The notes beneath the pieces were generated by a model. It was not told the DNA's origin and made no database searches. It was given only the letters and a program-made list of their open reading frames with translations. Positions 24,035-35,452 of a stretch of DNA of 64,000 nt are shown one piece after another (positions within the stretch are counted from its first letter, which is position 1; each line of letters begins with the position of its first letter). This stretch comes from Mobula hypostoma (taxonomy: Eukaryota): NCBI RefSeq assembly GCF_963921235.1, contig NC_086097.1, forward strand, positions 255,752,001-255,816,000, given 5' to 3'. The position numbers and the translations under genes were made by a program.

Positions 24035-26070
24035 TCAGACATCCCCTTGGTACCTATTTCCAACCACCTTAAACCTATGCCCACTTGTGATAGCCTATTC
24101 GGCCCTGAGAAAAAGCCTCTGGCTATCCACACGATCAATGCCCCTCATCAACTTATACACCTCTGTCAGGTCACCTCTCATCCTCCATCACTCCAAGGAG
24201 AAAAGGCCAAGTTCACTCAACCTATTCTTATAAGGTACGCTCTCCAATCCAGGAAACATCTTTGTAAATCTCCTCTGCAATCTCTCTATTGTATCCACAT
24301 CCTTCCTGTAGTGAGATGACCAGAACTGAACACAGTACTCCAAGTGAGGTCTAACTAAGGTCTTATATACAGTAGCTGTAACATTACCTCACGGCTCTTA
24401 AACTCAATCCCTCAGGTGATAAATGCCAACACACCATATGCCTTCGTAACAACACTGTCATACTGTGCAGCAGCTTTGAGTGCCCTATGGACCCCAAGCT
24501 CTCTCAGATTCTCCACACTGCCAAGAGTCTCACCATTAATATTATATTCTGTCTTCAAATTGGACCTACCAAACTGAACCACTTCACACTTATCTGAGTT
24601 GAAGTCCTTCTGCCACTTCTCAGCCCAGTTCTGGGTCCTACTGATGTCCCGCTGTAACCTGTGACAACACTCCACATTATCCAGATGATAGATGTTACTA
24701 AGATAGGTGAAGTTGTGGATAATAAAGTAGGTTTTCAAAGCTTGCAGAGAAATTTAGACCATTTAGAAGAGTGGGCTGAAAGATGGCAGATGGAGTTTAA
24801 TGCTGGTAAATGTGAAGTGCTATATTTTGGTAGGACTAATCAAAGTAGGACATACATGGTAAATGGTAGGGCATTGAAGAATGCAGTAGAACAGAGGGAT
24901 CGTTCCCTGAAGGTGGGATATCATGTGGATAGGGTGGTGAAGAAAGCTTTTGGTATGTTGGCCTTTATTAATCAGAGCATTGAGTATAGGAGTTGGGATG
25001 TAATGTTGAAATTGTACAAGGCATTGGTAAGGCCAAATTTGGAGTATTGTGTACAGTTCTGGTCACCGAATTATAGGAAAGATGTCAATAAAATTGAGAG
25101 AGTACAGAGGAGATTTACGAGAATGTTGCCTGGGTTTCATCTCCTAAGTTACAGAGAAAGGTTGAACAAGTTGTGTCTTTATTCTTTGGAGCGTAGAAGG
25201 TTGAGGGGGGACTTGATAGAGGTATTTAAAATTATGAGGGGGATAGATAGAGTTGACGTGGATAGGCTTTTTCCATTGAGAGTCGGGGAGATTCAAACAA
25301 GAGGACGTGAGTTGAGAGTTAAAGGGCAAAAGCTTAGGGGTAACATGAGGGGGAACTTCTTTACTCAGAGAGTGGTGGCTGTGTGGAACGAGCTTCTGGA
25401 AAAAGTGGCTGAGGCAGATTCGATATTGTCATTTAAAGTTAAATTGGATAGATATATAGACAGGAAAGGAATGTAGGGTTATGGGCTGAGTGCAGGTCGG
25501 TGGGACTAGGTGAGAGTAAGAGTTCGGCACGGACTAGAAGGGCTGAGATCGCCTGTTTCCATGCTGTAATTGTTATATGGTTATATGGTTATCCACAAAT
25601 CTCCAACCTTTCTGTCATCAGCAAACTTACTTCTACTCTTCTACTTCTTCATCCAGGTCATTTATAAAAAATCCCGAAGAGGAGAGATCCCAGAACAGAT
25701 CCCCATGGAACATCACTGGTCACCGACCTCCATGCAGAATACGAACCATCTACAGCCACTCTTTGCCTTCTGTGGGCAAGCCAATTCTGGATCCACAGAG
25801 CAAGGTCTCCTTGGATCCCAAACCTCCTTACTTTCTGAAGGAGCTGAGCATGGGGAATCTTATTAAATGCCTTACTGAAATCCATAAACATTACATCCAC
25901 TGCTCTACCTTCATCAATCTGTTTTGTTACATCCTCAAGGAAGTCAATCAGGCTCTTAAGACACAACGTGCTCTTGACAAGCCATGCTGACTATCCCTAA
26001 TCAGACTATGTCTCTCCAAATGCTCATAAATCCTGCCTCTTAGGATTTTTTCCAACAACTTGCCCACCAC
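24035..26070. mobile_element. Minus CR1 interrupted by a younger plus CR1 3' end (24687-25590)
   Basis: ORF 24661-25476 covers the RT C-terminus; (TTATATGG)n tail; TTATCCA on both sides (24677-24683, 25589-25595). Confidence 0.85.
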
Positions 26071-26429
26071 AATAATAAAAAAGCACAATATATATAAGTA
26101 TGTTCAATAGCTTATGTATGTCTGTAAAGCAATGCTTGGCGCAGGAGTGTCTGACTGATAACCATCCTGACTTGGCCAAATCCTACATTGTCTCAGTTTC
26201 TATAGCACTCTCAAGGGGGCCGCCAATTACTGTGTATGTCCTGATCAGGTTTAACTCCCCAAAATAAACCCTGGAACTCCGACCCCAAAGTCGAAATATG
26301 AGAAAGACAAAAATACAATAACTAAAATAATTTTAAAGAAAGACAGCTTTGAGGAAATTGCTGCTTATTTTCTTTGTTCTCTTTCCATCTCCATTTGAAT
26401 TAAACTTTGCATCAAACACACTGTCTTAC

Positions 26430-26540
26430 CTTGAGGCTTGTGATCAAAGCTGAAAGGTGAACTTTGTGCTTGCCCGTTGACAACAGCTTCTCAAGTGCAA
26501 AATATGTCACCAGCTAAAGAGGGACTTCCTTTTTTTTACT
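26430..26540 (-). promoter_or_regulatory. Candidate 5' non-coding exon and ETS/PU.1-type promoter of GPR141
   Basis: Lies in a non-repeat island (about 26070-27020). Strong minus-strand donor CAAG|GTAAGA at 26430/26429. AAAAAAAAGGAAGT (26537-26524) overlaps plus-strand GGGACTTCC. Acceptors are available just upstream of the GPR141 ATG (e.g. TCTTTTCTTTCAG|G at 8701). Confidence 0.45.
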
Positions 26541-27022
26541 GCAGTCAAGACCAGAGGAAATAAGCAGTCTAAATATGTCCATTGGTTTTAACAGGAGCTA
26601 AAATACTGTTTTGGTCAGTTTAAATAGTTGTATTAAAAACAACCTGCCAATTCTTGCATTTTAGCTGGAAATATACAAAACTATCATCCTTACAAAATCT
26701 AAAATCATATATCTGATTCTGCTGTTGGGGGGGGGGTGGTGGTGGTGGAGGGTACCTCCTCACAGAGCTGTGTTTCATGTTCTAATCCACAGAAACTGTT
26801 ATGAAACTGACATAGATGGAATCTGCTTCCTGGTTGTGCCATTATGGCTTACAGTTTGGTGACCTTCAGTTAGACCATCAGACAACCGAGCAGAATTGGA
26901 TCATTTGGCTCATTGAGTGGACCCCACCTTTCCCTCATTGCTGAGTTGACATCACACTATACATTTTCACGGTGCCTCTTTCCAGTTATGCTTTGTTGAA
27001 GATTAAATTTATTTTAGTCAAC

Positions 27023-27174
27023 ATGGCCCTTGTGGCTACAGGGGTCAGGGGGTATGGAGGGAAGGCTGGGTTCTGAGTTGGATGATCAGCCATGATCATA
27101 ATAAATGGCGGTGCAGGCTCGAAGGGCCGAATGGCCTACTCCTGCACCTATTTTCTATGTTTCTATGTTTCTAT
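27023..27174 (+). mobile_element. Very short CR1 3' end identical to the tail of the intact element
   Basis: Reads the same as 31673-31820 base for base by eye. Confidence 0.88.
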
Positions 27175-28493
27175 ATAAAGTATTTTTTCTCTGATTATTG
27201 ACAATGTTTTGCCTTTCTGTTTCAGGCTGCAAAACAACTTAACACCTTGTACCGCACAACAGAGACAGAGTTATTTTTCACCAGAGCTCATAAGACCACA
27301 AGACATAGGAGCAGAATTAAGCCATTCAACCCATCAAGTCTGCTCCACCATTCCATCATGACTGATTCCCGGATCCCACTCAACCCCATACACCTGCCTT
27401 CTCGCCATATCCTTTGATGCCCTGATGGATCAGCAAACGATCAACTTCCACCTTGACCTCCACTGCAGTCTGTGGTAGAGCATTCCACAGATTTAACACT
27501 CCCTGGCTAAAAAATATCTTCTTTACTTCTGTTCTAAATGGTCACTCTTCAATTTTGAGGCTGTACTCTCTAGTTCATGATAACCCCACCACAGGAAACA
27601 TCCTCTCCACATCCACCCTATCTAGTCCTTTCAACATTCGGTAGGTTTCAATGAGATCTCCCTGCATTCTTCTAAATTCCAGCGAGTACAGGCCCAAAGC
27701 TGCCAAACACACCTCATGCGTTAACCCCTTCATTACCAGAATCATCCTCATGAACCTCCTCTGGACTCTCTCCAATGACAACACATCTCTTCTGAGATAT
27801 TGGGCCCAAAACTGTTGACAATACTCTAAGTGCAGTCTGACTAGTGTCTTATCAAGGCTCAGCATCTTCTCCTTGATTTTCTATTCTATTCCCCTTGAAA
27901 TAAATGCTAAAATTGCATTTGCCTTCTTTACCACAGACTCAACCTGAAAATTACCCTTCTGAAAGCTTTACACAAGAACTCCCATTCTTCCAATTTGTCT
28001 AAGTCCTTCTGCAATCACATTATTTCCTCAGCACTACTTACCGCTCCACCTATCCGTATAATCCACAATTTTGCCACAAAGCTATCAATTCCGTTAATTA
28101 AATCACTGACAAACAATGTGAAAAGAACCAGTCCCAATATCGACCCTGAGGAACACCACTAGTTACCGAGAGCCAACCAGAAAAGAACCCTTTTATTCCC
28201 ACTCGTTGCCTCCTGCCTGTCAGCCATTCTGCTATCCATGCCAGGATCTTCCTGAAACACTATAGGATTTTATCTTGTTAAACAGCCTCATGTGTGGTAC
28301 CTTATCAAATGCCTTTGAAAATCCAAGAATATTACATCCACTGCCCCTCCTTTGTCCACTGTGCTTGTTACTTCCTCGAAGAACTCTAACAGATTTGTCA
28401 GGCAAGATTTCCCTTTACAGAAACCATGCTGAATTTGACTTATTTTATCATTAGTCTCCAAGCACCCCGAAACCTCATCCGTAACCTCATCCG

Positions 28494-31400
28494 AGTAGGA
28501 ATGCGATGAGGTGGAGGATAAATGCGTGACTGAGGGATTGGAGCAGGGGGCAGGGATTCAAGTTTTTGGATCATTGGGACCTCTTTTGGTGCAGGCGTGA
28601 CCTGTACAAAAAGGACGGGTTACACTTGAATCCTAGGGGGACCAATATCCTGGCAGGGAGATTAGCGGGGGCTACTGAGGTGACTTTAAACTAGAATGGT
28701 TGGGGGGTGGGAATCAAATTAAAGAGGCTAGGTGTGAGGAGGTTAGTTCACAACAGAGGGATGGGAACCAGTGCAGAGAGACAGAGGGGTGTAAAGTGAG
28801 CGTAGAAGCAAAAAGTACAAAGGAGAAAAGTAAAAGTGGCAGGCCGACAAATCCAGGGCAAGCATTAAAAAGGGCCACTTTTCAACATAATTGTATAAGG
28901 GCTAAGAGAGTTGCAAAAGAGCGCCTGAAGGCTTTATGTGTCAATGCAAGGAGCATTCGTAATAAGGTGGATGAATTGAAAGTGCAGATTGTTATTAATG
29001 ATTATGATATAGTTGGGATCACAGAGACATGGCTCCAGGGTGACCAGGGATGGGAGCTCAACGTTCAGGAATATTCAATATTCAGGAGGGATAGACATGA
29101 AGGAAGGGGAGGTGGGGTGGCGTTGCTGGTTAAAAAAGAGATTAACGCAATAGAAAGGAAGGACATAAGCCGGGAAGATGTGGAATCGATATGGGTAGAG
29201 CTGCGCAACACTAAGGGGCAGAAGACACTGGTGGGAGTTGTGTACAGGCCACCTAACAGTAGTAGTGAGGTCGGAGATGGTATTAAACAGGAAATTAGAA
29301 ATGTGTGCAATAAAGGAACAGCAGTTATAATGGGTGACTTCAATCTACATGTAGACTGGGTGAATCAAATTGGTAAAGGTGCTGAGGAAGAGGATTTCTT
29401 GGAATGTATGCGGGATGGTTTTTTGAACCAACATGTCGAGGAACCAACTAGAGAGCAGGCTATTCTGGACTGGGTTTTGAGCAATGAGGAAGGGTTAATT
29501 AGCGATCTTGTCGTGAGAGGCCCCTTGGGTAAGAGTGACCATAATATGGTGGAATTCTTCATTAACATGGAGAGTGACATAGTTAATTCTGAAACAAAGG
29601 TTCTGAACTTAAAGAGGGGTAACTTTGAAGGTATGAGACGTGAATTAGCTAAGATAGACTGGCAAATGACACTTAAAGGATTGACAGTGGATATGCAATG
29701 GCAAGCATTTAAAGGTTGCATGGATGAACTACAACAATTGTTCATCCCAGTTTGGCAAAAGAATAAATCAAGGAAGGTAGTGCACCCATGGCTGACAAGA
29801 GAAATTAGGGATAGTATCAATTCCAAAGAAGTAGCATACAAATTAGCCAGAGAAAGTGGCTCACCTGAGGACTGGGAGAAATTCAGAGTTCAGCAGAGGA
29901 GGACAAAGGGCTTAATTAGGAAGGGGAAAAAAGATTATGAGAGAAAACTGGCAGAGAACATAAAAACGGACTGTAAAAGCTTTTATAGATATGTAAAAAG
30001 GAAAAGACTGATAAAGACAAATGTAGGTCCCCTGCAGACAGAAACAGGTGAATTGATTATGGAGAGCAAGGACATGGCAGACCAATTGAATAATTACTTT
30101 GGTTCTGTCTTCACTAAGGAGGACATAAATAATCTTCCAGAAATAGTAAGGGACAGAGGGTCCAGTGAGATGGAGGAACTGAGTGAAATACATGTTAGTA
30201 GGGAAGTGGTGTTAGGTAAATTGAAGGGATTGAAGGCAGATAAATCCCCAGGGCCAGATGGTCTGCATCCCAGAGTGCTTAAGGAAGTAGCCCAAGAAAT
30301 AGTGGATGCATTAGTGATAATTTTTCAAAACTCGTTAGATTCTGGACTAGTTTCTGAGGATTGGAGGGTGGCTAATGTAACCCCACTTTTTAAAAAAGGA
30401 GGGAGAGAGAAACTGGGGAATTATAGACCGGTTAGCCTAACGTCGGTGGTGGGGAAACTGCTGGAGTCAGTTATCAAGGATGTGATAACAGCACATTTGG
30501 AAAGCGGTGAAATGATCGGACAAAGTCAGCATGGATTTGTGAAAGGAAAATCATGTCTGATGAATCTCATAGAATTTTTTGAGGATGTAACTAGTAGAGT
30601 GGATAGGGGAGAACCAGTGGATGTGGTATATTTGGATTTTCAAAAGGCTTTTGACAAGGTCCCACACAGGAGATTAGTGTGCAAACTTAAAGCACACGGT
30701 ATTGGGGGTAAGGTATTGGTGTGGGTGGAGAATTGGTTAGCAGACAGGAAGCAAAGAGTGGGAATAAACGGGACCTTTTCAGAATGGCAGGCGGTGACTA
30801 GTGGGGTACCGCAAGGCTCAGTGCTGGGACCCCAGTTATTTACAATATATATTAATGACTTGGATGAGGGAATTAAATGCAGCATCTCCAAGTTTGCGGA
30901 TGACACGAAGCTGGGTGGCAGTGTTAGCAGTGAGGAGGATGCTAAGAGGATGCAGGGTGACTTGGATAGGTTGGGTGAGTGGGCAAACTCATGGCAGATG
31001 CAATTTAATGTGGATAAATGTGAAGTTATCCACTTTGGTGGCAAAAATAGGAAAACAGATTATTATCTGAATGGTGGCCGATTAGGAAAAGGGGAGGTGC
31101 AACGAGACCTGGGTGTCATTATACACCAGTCATTGAAAGTGGGCATGCAGGTACAGCAGGCGGTGAAAAAGGCGAACGGTATGCTGGCATTTATAGCGAG
31201 AGGATTCGAGTACAGGAGCAGGGAGGTACTACTGCAGTTGTACAAGGCCTTGGTGAGATCACACCTGGAGTATTGTGTGCAGTTTTGGTCCCCTAATCTG
31301 AGGAAAGACATCTTTGCCATAGAGGGAGTACAAAGAAGGTTCACCAGATTGATTCCTGGGATGGCAGGTCTTTCATATGAAGAAAGACTGGATGAACTGG

Positions 31401-31825
31401 GCTTGTACTCGTTGGAATTTAGAAGATTGAGGGGGGATCTGATTGAAACGTATAAGATCCTAAAGGGATTGGACAGGCTAGATGCGGGAAGATTGTTCCC
31501 GATGTTGGGGAGGTCCAGAACGAGGGGTCACAGTTTGAGGATAGAGGGGAAGTCTTTTAGGACCGAGATTAGGAAAAACTTCTTCACACAGAGAGTGGTG
31601 AATCTGTGGAATTCTCTGCCACAGGAAACTGTTGAGGCCAGTTCATTGGCTATGTTTAAGAGGGAGTTAGATATGGCCCTTGTGGCTACAGGGGTCAGGG
31701 GGTATGGAGGGAAGGCTGGGTTCTGAGTTGGATGATCAGCCATGATCATAATAAATGGCGGTGCAGGCTCGAAGGGCCGAATGGCCTACTCCTGCACCTA
31801 TTTTCTATGTTTCTATGTTTTCTAT
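28494..31825 (+). mobile_element. Young CR1 LINE, 5'-truncated within ORF1, ORF2 intact
   Basis: ORF1 C-terminus (FLDHWDLFW..DLYKKDGLHLN..LN*), uninterrupted ORF2, 3' UTR and (TTTCTATG)n tail. It interrupts an older minus-strand CR1 (27290-28485, resuming at 31826), with GTAAC on both sides. Confidence 0.95.
28679..31726 (+). CDS. CR1 ORF2: APE endonuclease plus reverse transcriptase
   Basis: Endonuclease motifs NARS, ITETWL, YRPP, GDFN, SDHN. RT motifs [40 protein letters not shown]-terminal TRGH and FFTQRVVNLWN. The frame opens at 28679; the start listed at 28700 is TTG, not ATG. Confidence 0.93.
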   Translation, partial: GDFKLEWLGGGNQIKEARCEEVSSQQRDGNQCRETEGCKVSVEAKSTKEKSKSGRPTNPGQALKRATFQHNCIRAKRVAKERLKALCVNARSIRNKVDELKVQIVINDYDIVGITETWLQGDQGWELNVQEYSIFRRDRHEGRGGGVALLVKKEINAIERKDISREDVESIWVELRNTKGQKTLVGVVYRPPNSSSEVGDGIKQEIRNVCNKGTAVIMGDFNLHVDWVNQIGKGAEEEDFLECMRDGFLNQHVEEPTREQAILDWVLSNEEGLISDLVVRGPLGKSDHNMVEFFINMESDIVNSETKVLNLKRGNFEGMRRELAKIDWQMTLKGLTVDMQWQAFKGCMDELQQLFIPVWQKNKSRKVVHPWLTREIRDSINSKEVAYKLARESGSPEDWEKFRVQQRRTKGLIRKGKKDYERKLAENIKTDCKSFYRYVKRKRLIKTNVGPLQTETGELIMESKDMADQLNNYFGSVFTKEDINNLPEIVRDRGSSEMEELSEIHVSREVVLGKLKGLKADKSPGPDGLHPRVLKEVAQEIVDALVIIFQNSLDSGLVSEDWRVANVTPLFKKGGREKLGNYRPVSLTSVVGKLLESVIKDVITAHLESGEMIGQSQHGFVKGKSCLMNLIEFFEDVTSRVDRGEPVDVVYLDFQKAFDKVPHRRLVCKLKAHGIGGKVLVWVENWLADRKQRVGINGTFSEWQAVTSGVPQGSVLGPQLFTIYINDLDEGIKCSISKFADDTKLGGSVSSEEDAKRMQGDLDRLGEWANSWQMQFNVDKCEVIHFGGKNRKTDYYLNGGRLGKGEVQRDLGVIIHQSLKVGMQVQQAVKKANGMLAFIARGFEYRSREVLLQLYKALVRSHLEYCVQFWSPNLRKDIFAIEGVQRRFTRLIPGMAGLSYEERLDELGLYSLEFRRLRGDLIETYKILKGLDRLDAGRLFPMLGRSRTRGHSLRIEGKSFRTEIRKNFFTQRVVNLWNSLPQETVEASSLAMFKRELDMALVATGVRGYGGKAGF

Positions 31826-32086
31826 GTAACAATAGACTCCAACACTTTCCCAACCACTGAGTTTCGGCTAACTGGCCTATAATTTCCTTTCTTTTGCCCT
31901 CCTCCCTTCTTAAAGAGTGGAGCGACATTTGCAATCTTCCAGTCCTCCAGGACCATGCCAGAATCAAGTGATTCTTCAAAGATCATGACCAATTCATCCA
32001 TAATCTCTTCAACAACCCCTCTCAGGTCTCTGAGCTGCAGTGCATCTAGCCCAGGTGACTTATGCACCTTAAGACATTTGAGTTTA

Positions 32087-35000
32087 GAACATAGAACATA
32101 GAAAACCTACAGCACAATACAGGCCCTTCGGCCCACAAAGTTATGCCAAATGTGTCCTTACCTTAGAAATTACTAGGCTTACCCATAGCCCTTTATTTTT
32201 CTAAGCCCTGTTTACCTATCCAAAAGTCTCTTAAAAGACCCTGTCGTACCTGCCTCCACCGCGGTTGCCGGCAGCCCATTCCACGCACTCACCACACTCT
32301 GAGTAAAAAAACTTACCCCTGACATCTCCTCTGTACCTACTCCCCAGCACCTTAAACCTGTGTCCTCTTGTGGCAACCATTTCAGCTCTGGGGAAAAGCC
32401 TCTGACTATCCACACGACCAATGCCTCTCATCTTCTTGTACACCTCTATCAGGTCACCTCTCATCCTCCGTCACTCCGAGGAGAAAAGGCCTAGTTCACT
32501 CAACCTGTTTTCATAAGGCATGCTCCCCAATCCAGGCAACATCATTGTAAATCTCCTCTGCACCCTTTCTATAGTTCCCACATACTTCCTGTAGTGAGGT
32601 GACCAGAAATGAGCACAGTACTCCAAGTGGGGTCTGACCAGGGTCCTATATAGCTGCAATATTACCTCTCGCTCCTAAATTCAATTCCACGATTGATGAA
32701 GGCCAATGCACTGTATGCTTTCTTAACCACAGAGCCAACCTGCGCAGCTGCTTTGAGCGTCCTGTGGACTCGGACCCCAAGATCCCTCTGATCCTCCACA
32801 CTGCCAAGAGTCTTACCATTAATACTATATTCTGCCATCATACTTGACCTACCAAAATGAACCTCACACTTATCTGGATTGAACTCCATCTGCCACTTCT
32901 CAGCCCAGTTTTGCATCCTGTCAATGTCCCGCTGTAACCTCTCACAGACCTCCACGCTATCCACAACACCTCCAACCTTTGTGTCATCAGCAAACTTACT
33001 AACCCAACCCTCCACTTCCTCATCCAGGTCATTTATAAAAATCACCAAGTGTAGGGGTCCCAGAACAGATCCCTGAGGCTCACCACTGGTCACTGACCTC
33101 CGTGCAGAATATGACTCATCTACAACCCACCGAGCAATTTTTCCTTTGTAATAACAATGGCAGTCACTCCTGCTCCCTGACATTCATGGACCTCTGGAGT
33201 CCACTGTATAGTAAATAGGATGAGGAATTGGGTCTGAATTTTACTTGCTCACTGAGGTTTTTACAGTGGATTGTTTTGAGCAAAACAGTATGACGAATTC
33301 TCGACATAGATGATACCGAGAACGAAGGGCTTGAGTGAGGAGGAGATACTGGATAGCTACAGCTGTTTTCACTGGGAGGGAGGAGGGCTGAGGGGTGACT
33401 TTACAGAGGTCATAAAATTGTCAGAGGAGAAGATCAGATGGAACATGCTAGGGTATATTGGTTTAAGGTAACAAAGGGAAGGTAGTGGTCATGTGGAATG
33501 AGCCCCAAATTGAAATGGTAGGAGGTACATACAATGTCAACATAAAAACATTTATGTTTGGAGGGATACAGACCAAACACAGGCAATTGGGAATAGCTCA
33601 GATAGGAAACTTTGTCGGCATTGATAAGTTGGGCCAGAGGGGCAGTATCCATCCTGAGTAACTCAATTTTCCAGTATGCAGAGAAGACTCGATAGTTAGG
33701 AGAGCAAACTGCAGATTCTATGGCTGTGAACGAGATGCCATGATGCTGTGTTGCCTCCCAGGTACAAGGTCTCAGAATATTCAAGGGGGTGAATATTCAG
33801 CCAGAGATTGTGGTTGACATTGATAGCAACGGCACAGCTAGAAAGGGGAAAAAGGTTCTGCACAGGGAGTATAGGGATTTAGATATAGAAGAGTACAGCA
33901 CAGTACAGGCTCTTCGGCCCACAATGTTGTGCCAACCCTCAAACCCTGCCTCCCATATAAGCCCCCACCTTAAATTCCTCCATATACCTGTCTAGTAGTC
34001 TCTTAAACTTCACTAGTGTATCTGCCTCCACCACTGACTCAGGTAGTGCATTCCACGCACCAACCACTCTCTGAGTAAAAAATCTTCCTCTAATATCCCC
34101 CTTGAACTTGCCACCCCTTACCTTAAAGCCATGTCCTCTTGTACTGAGCAGTGGTGCACTGGGGAAGAGGCGCTGGCTATCCACTCTATCTATTCCTCTT
34201 ATTATCTTGTACACCTCTATCACCATGATCTATGATCTATGGTTGTTATGGACTTCATAAAATCAGTTGTAGATGAGTGTATCCCCAGAAAAACATTGAA
34301 AGTCTTCCCCAATCAGAAGCCCTGGATCAACCACGAGATCCACAATATGCTGATGGCAGATCGGAGGCATTCAAGTTTGGTGAACAAGAGAGTTAGAAGA
34401 GCTCAAGGTATGATCTACAGAAAGCCATCTCATGGCTTAACTTGAATCAATAAGGATACTCCACAGTTGTGGCAAGGCTTGAATACAATCACCTCCTATA
34501 AAGTTAAATCAAGCAACATAGGTGACAACAAGGCCTTGCTTCCAGATTAGCTCTATGCCTTCTCTGCTCACTTTGTTCATCAAAACAGAGGAAACATCAT
34601 GAACTCCCACAGCCTCTGATGGTCCTGTGATTTCAGTCTGAGGTCGACGTGCAACCAGCCTGTAGGAGGATGAAACCCCATGGCCCAGATGGGGTACCTG
34701 GCCAACTATGAAAAACCTGTACTGATTAACTGGCTGGAGTGTTCACTGAGATCTTTAGTCTCATGCTTCAGCAGTCTTAGCTACCCAACTGCTTCAAGCA
34801 GGATTCAATTATACTGGTGTTTAAGAGGAATATGGCAACTTGCCTCAGTGATTTGGCAGATGAATGCGTGGCTGAGGAATTGGTGCATTGGGCATAACCT
34901 GTACAAGTGACACCTGAACCGAGGGGGACCAGTAATCTCATGGGCAGGTTTGCCAGAGCTGTTCTGGAGAGCTTAAACTAATTTGGTGGGGGATGGAAAC

Positions 35001-35450
35001 CAGAGTGATAGGGCTGTGCATGGGATAGCTGGTTTACAAACAGAAGCTGTGCATAGTAAGCCTGCTACCAAGAGGGGCCGATGATAGGGCAAAATTGCAG
35101 TCAATGGGATGAGTTGCAGCATAGAAGGCAGAGAAAAATAAAAAATGGTATTATACTTGAACGCATACAGTATACGGAATAAAGTAGATAAAGGCTGCAG
35201 ACAAGGAGGAAGTCATGAAGGGATTGTCTACTGAGTCATTGTAGGAGGAAGTCAGAAACAGGAAGAGGGCAATAACTCGACTGGATGTTTTTTATAGAAA
35301 CCCCATTTGTAACAGAGACATCAAGGAGCAGATAGAGAGGCAGATTCTGGAATGATGCAATAATAATAGGGTTCTTGTGATGATTGATTTTAACTTTCCT
35401 AATATTGACTGGCATCTCCTTAGAGCAAGGGGTTGAGATAGGGAAGAGTT
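32087..35450. mobile_element. Mixed CR1 fragments (minus 3' ends at 32087-33130 and 33884-34226; plus ORF1/endonuclease remnants) with a Rex1-like piece
   Basis: [27 protein letters not shown] motifs. Confidence 0.8.
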
Positions 35451-35452
35451 TG

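Noticed and set aside
27205..27290. Strong plus-strand acceptor TTTTGCCTTTCTGTTTCAG|G
   Set aside because: No convincing donor, ORF or partner exon; insufficient alone.
29065..31749. Recurring antisense ORFs (e.g. MPPKWITSHLSTLNC, MNLLCTPSMA) seen at several loci
   Set aside because: They are reverse-strand shadows of CR1 ORF2 and recur only because the repeat recurs.
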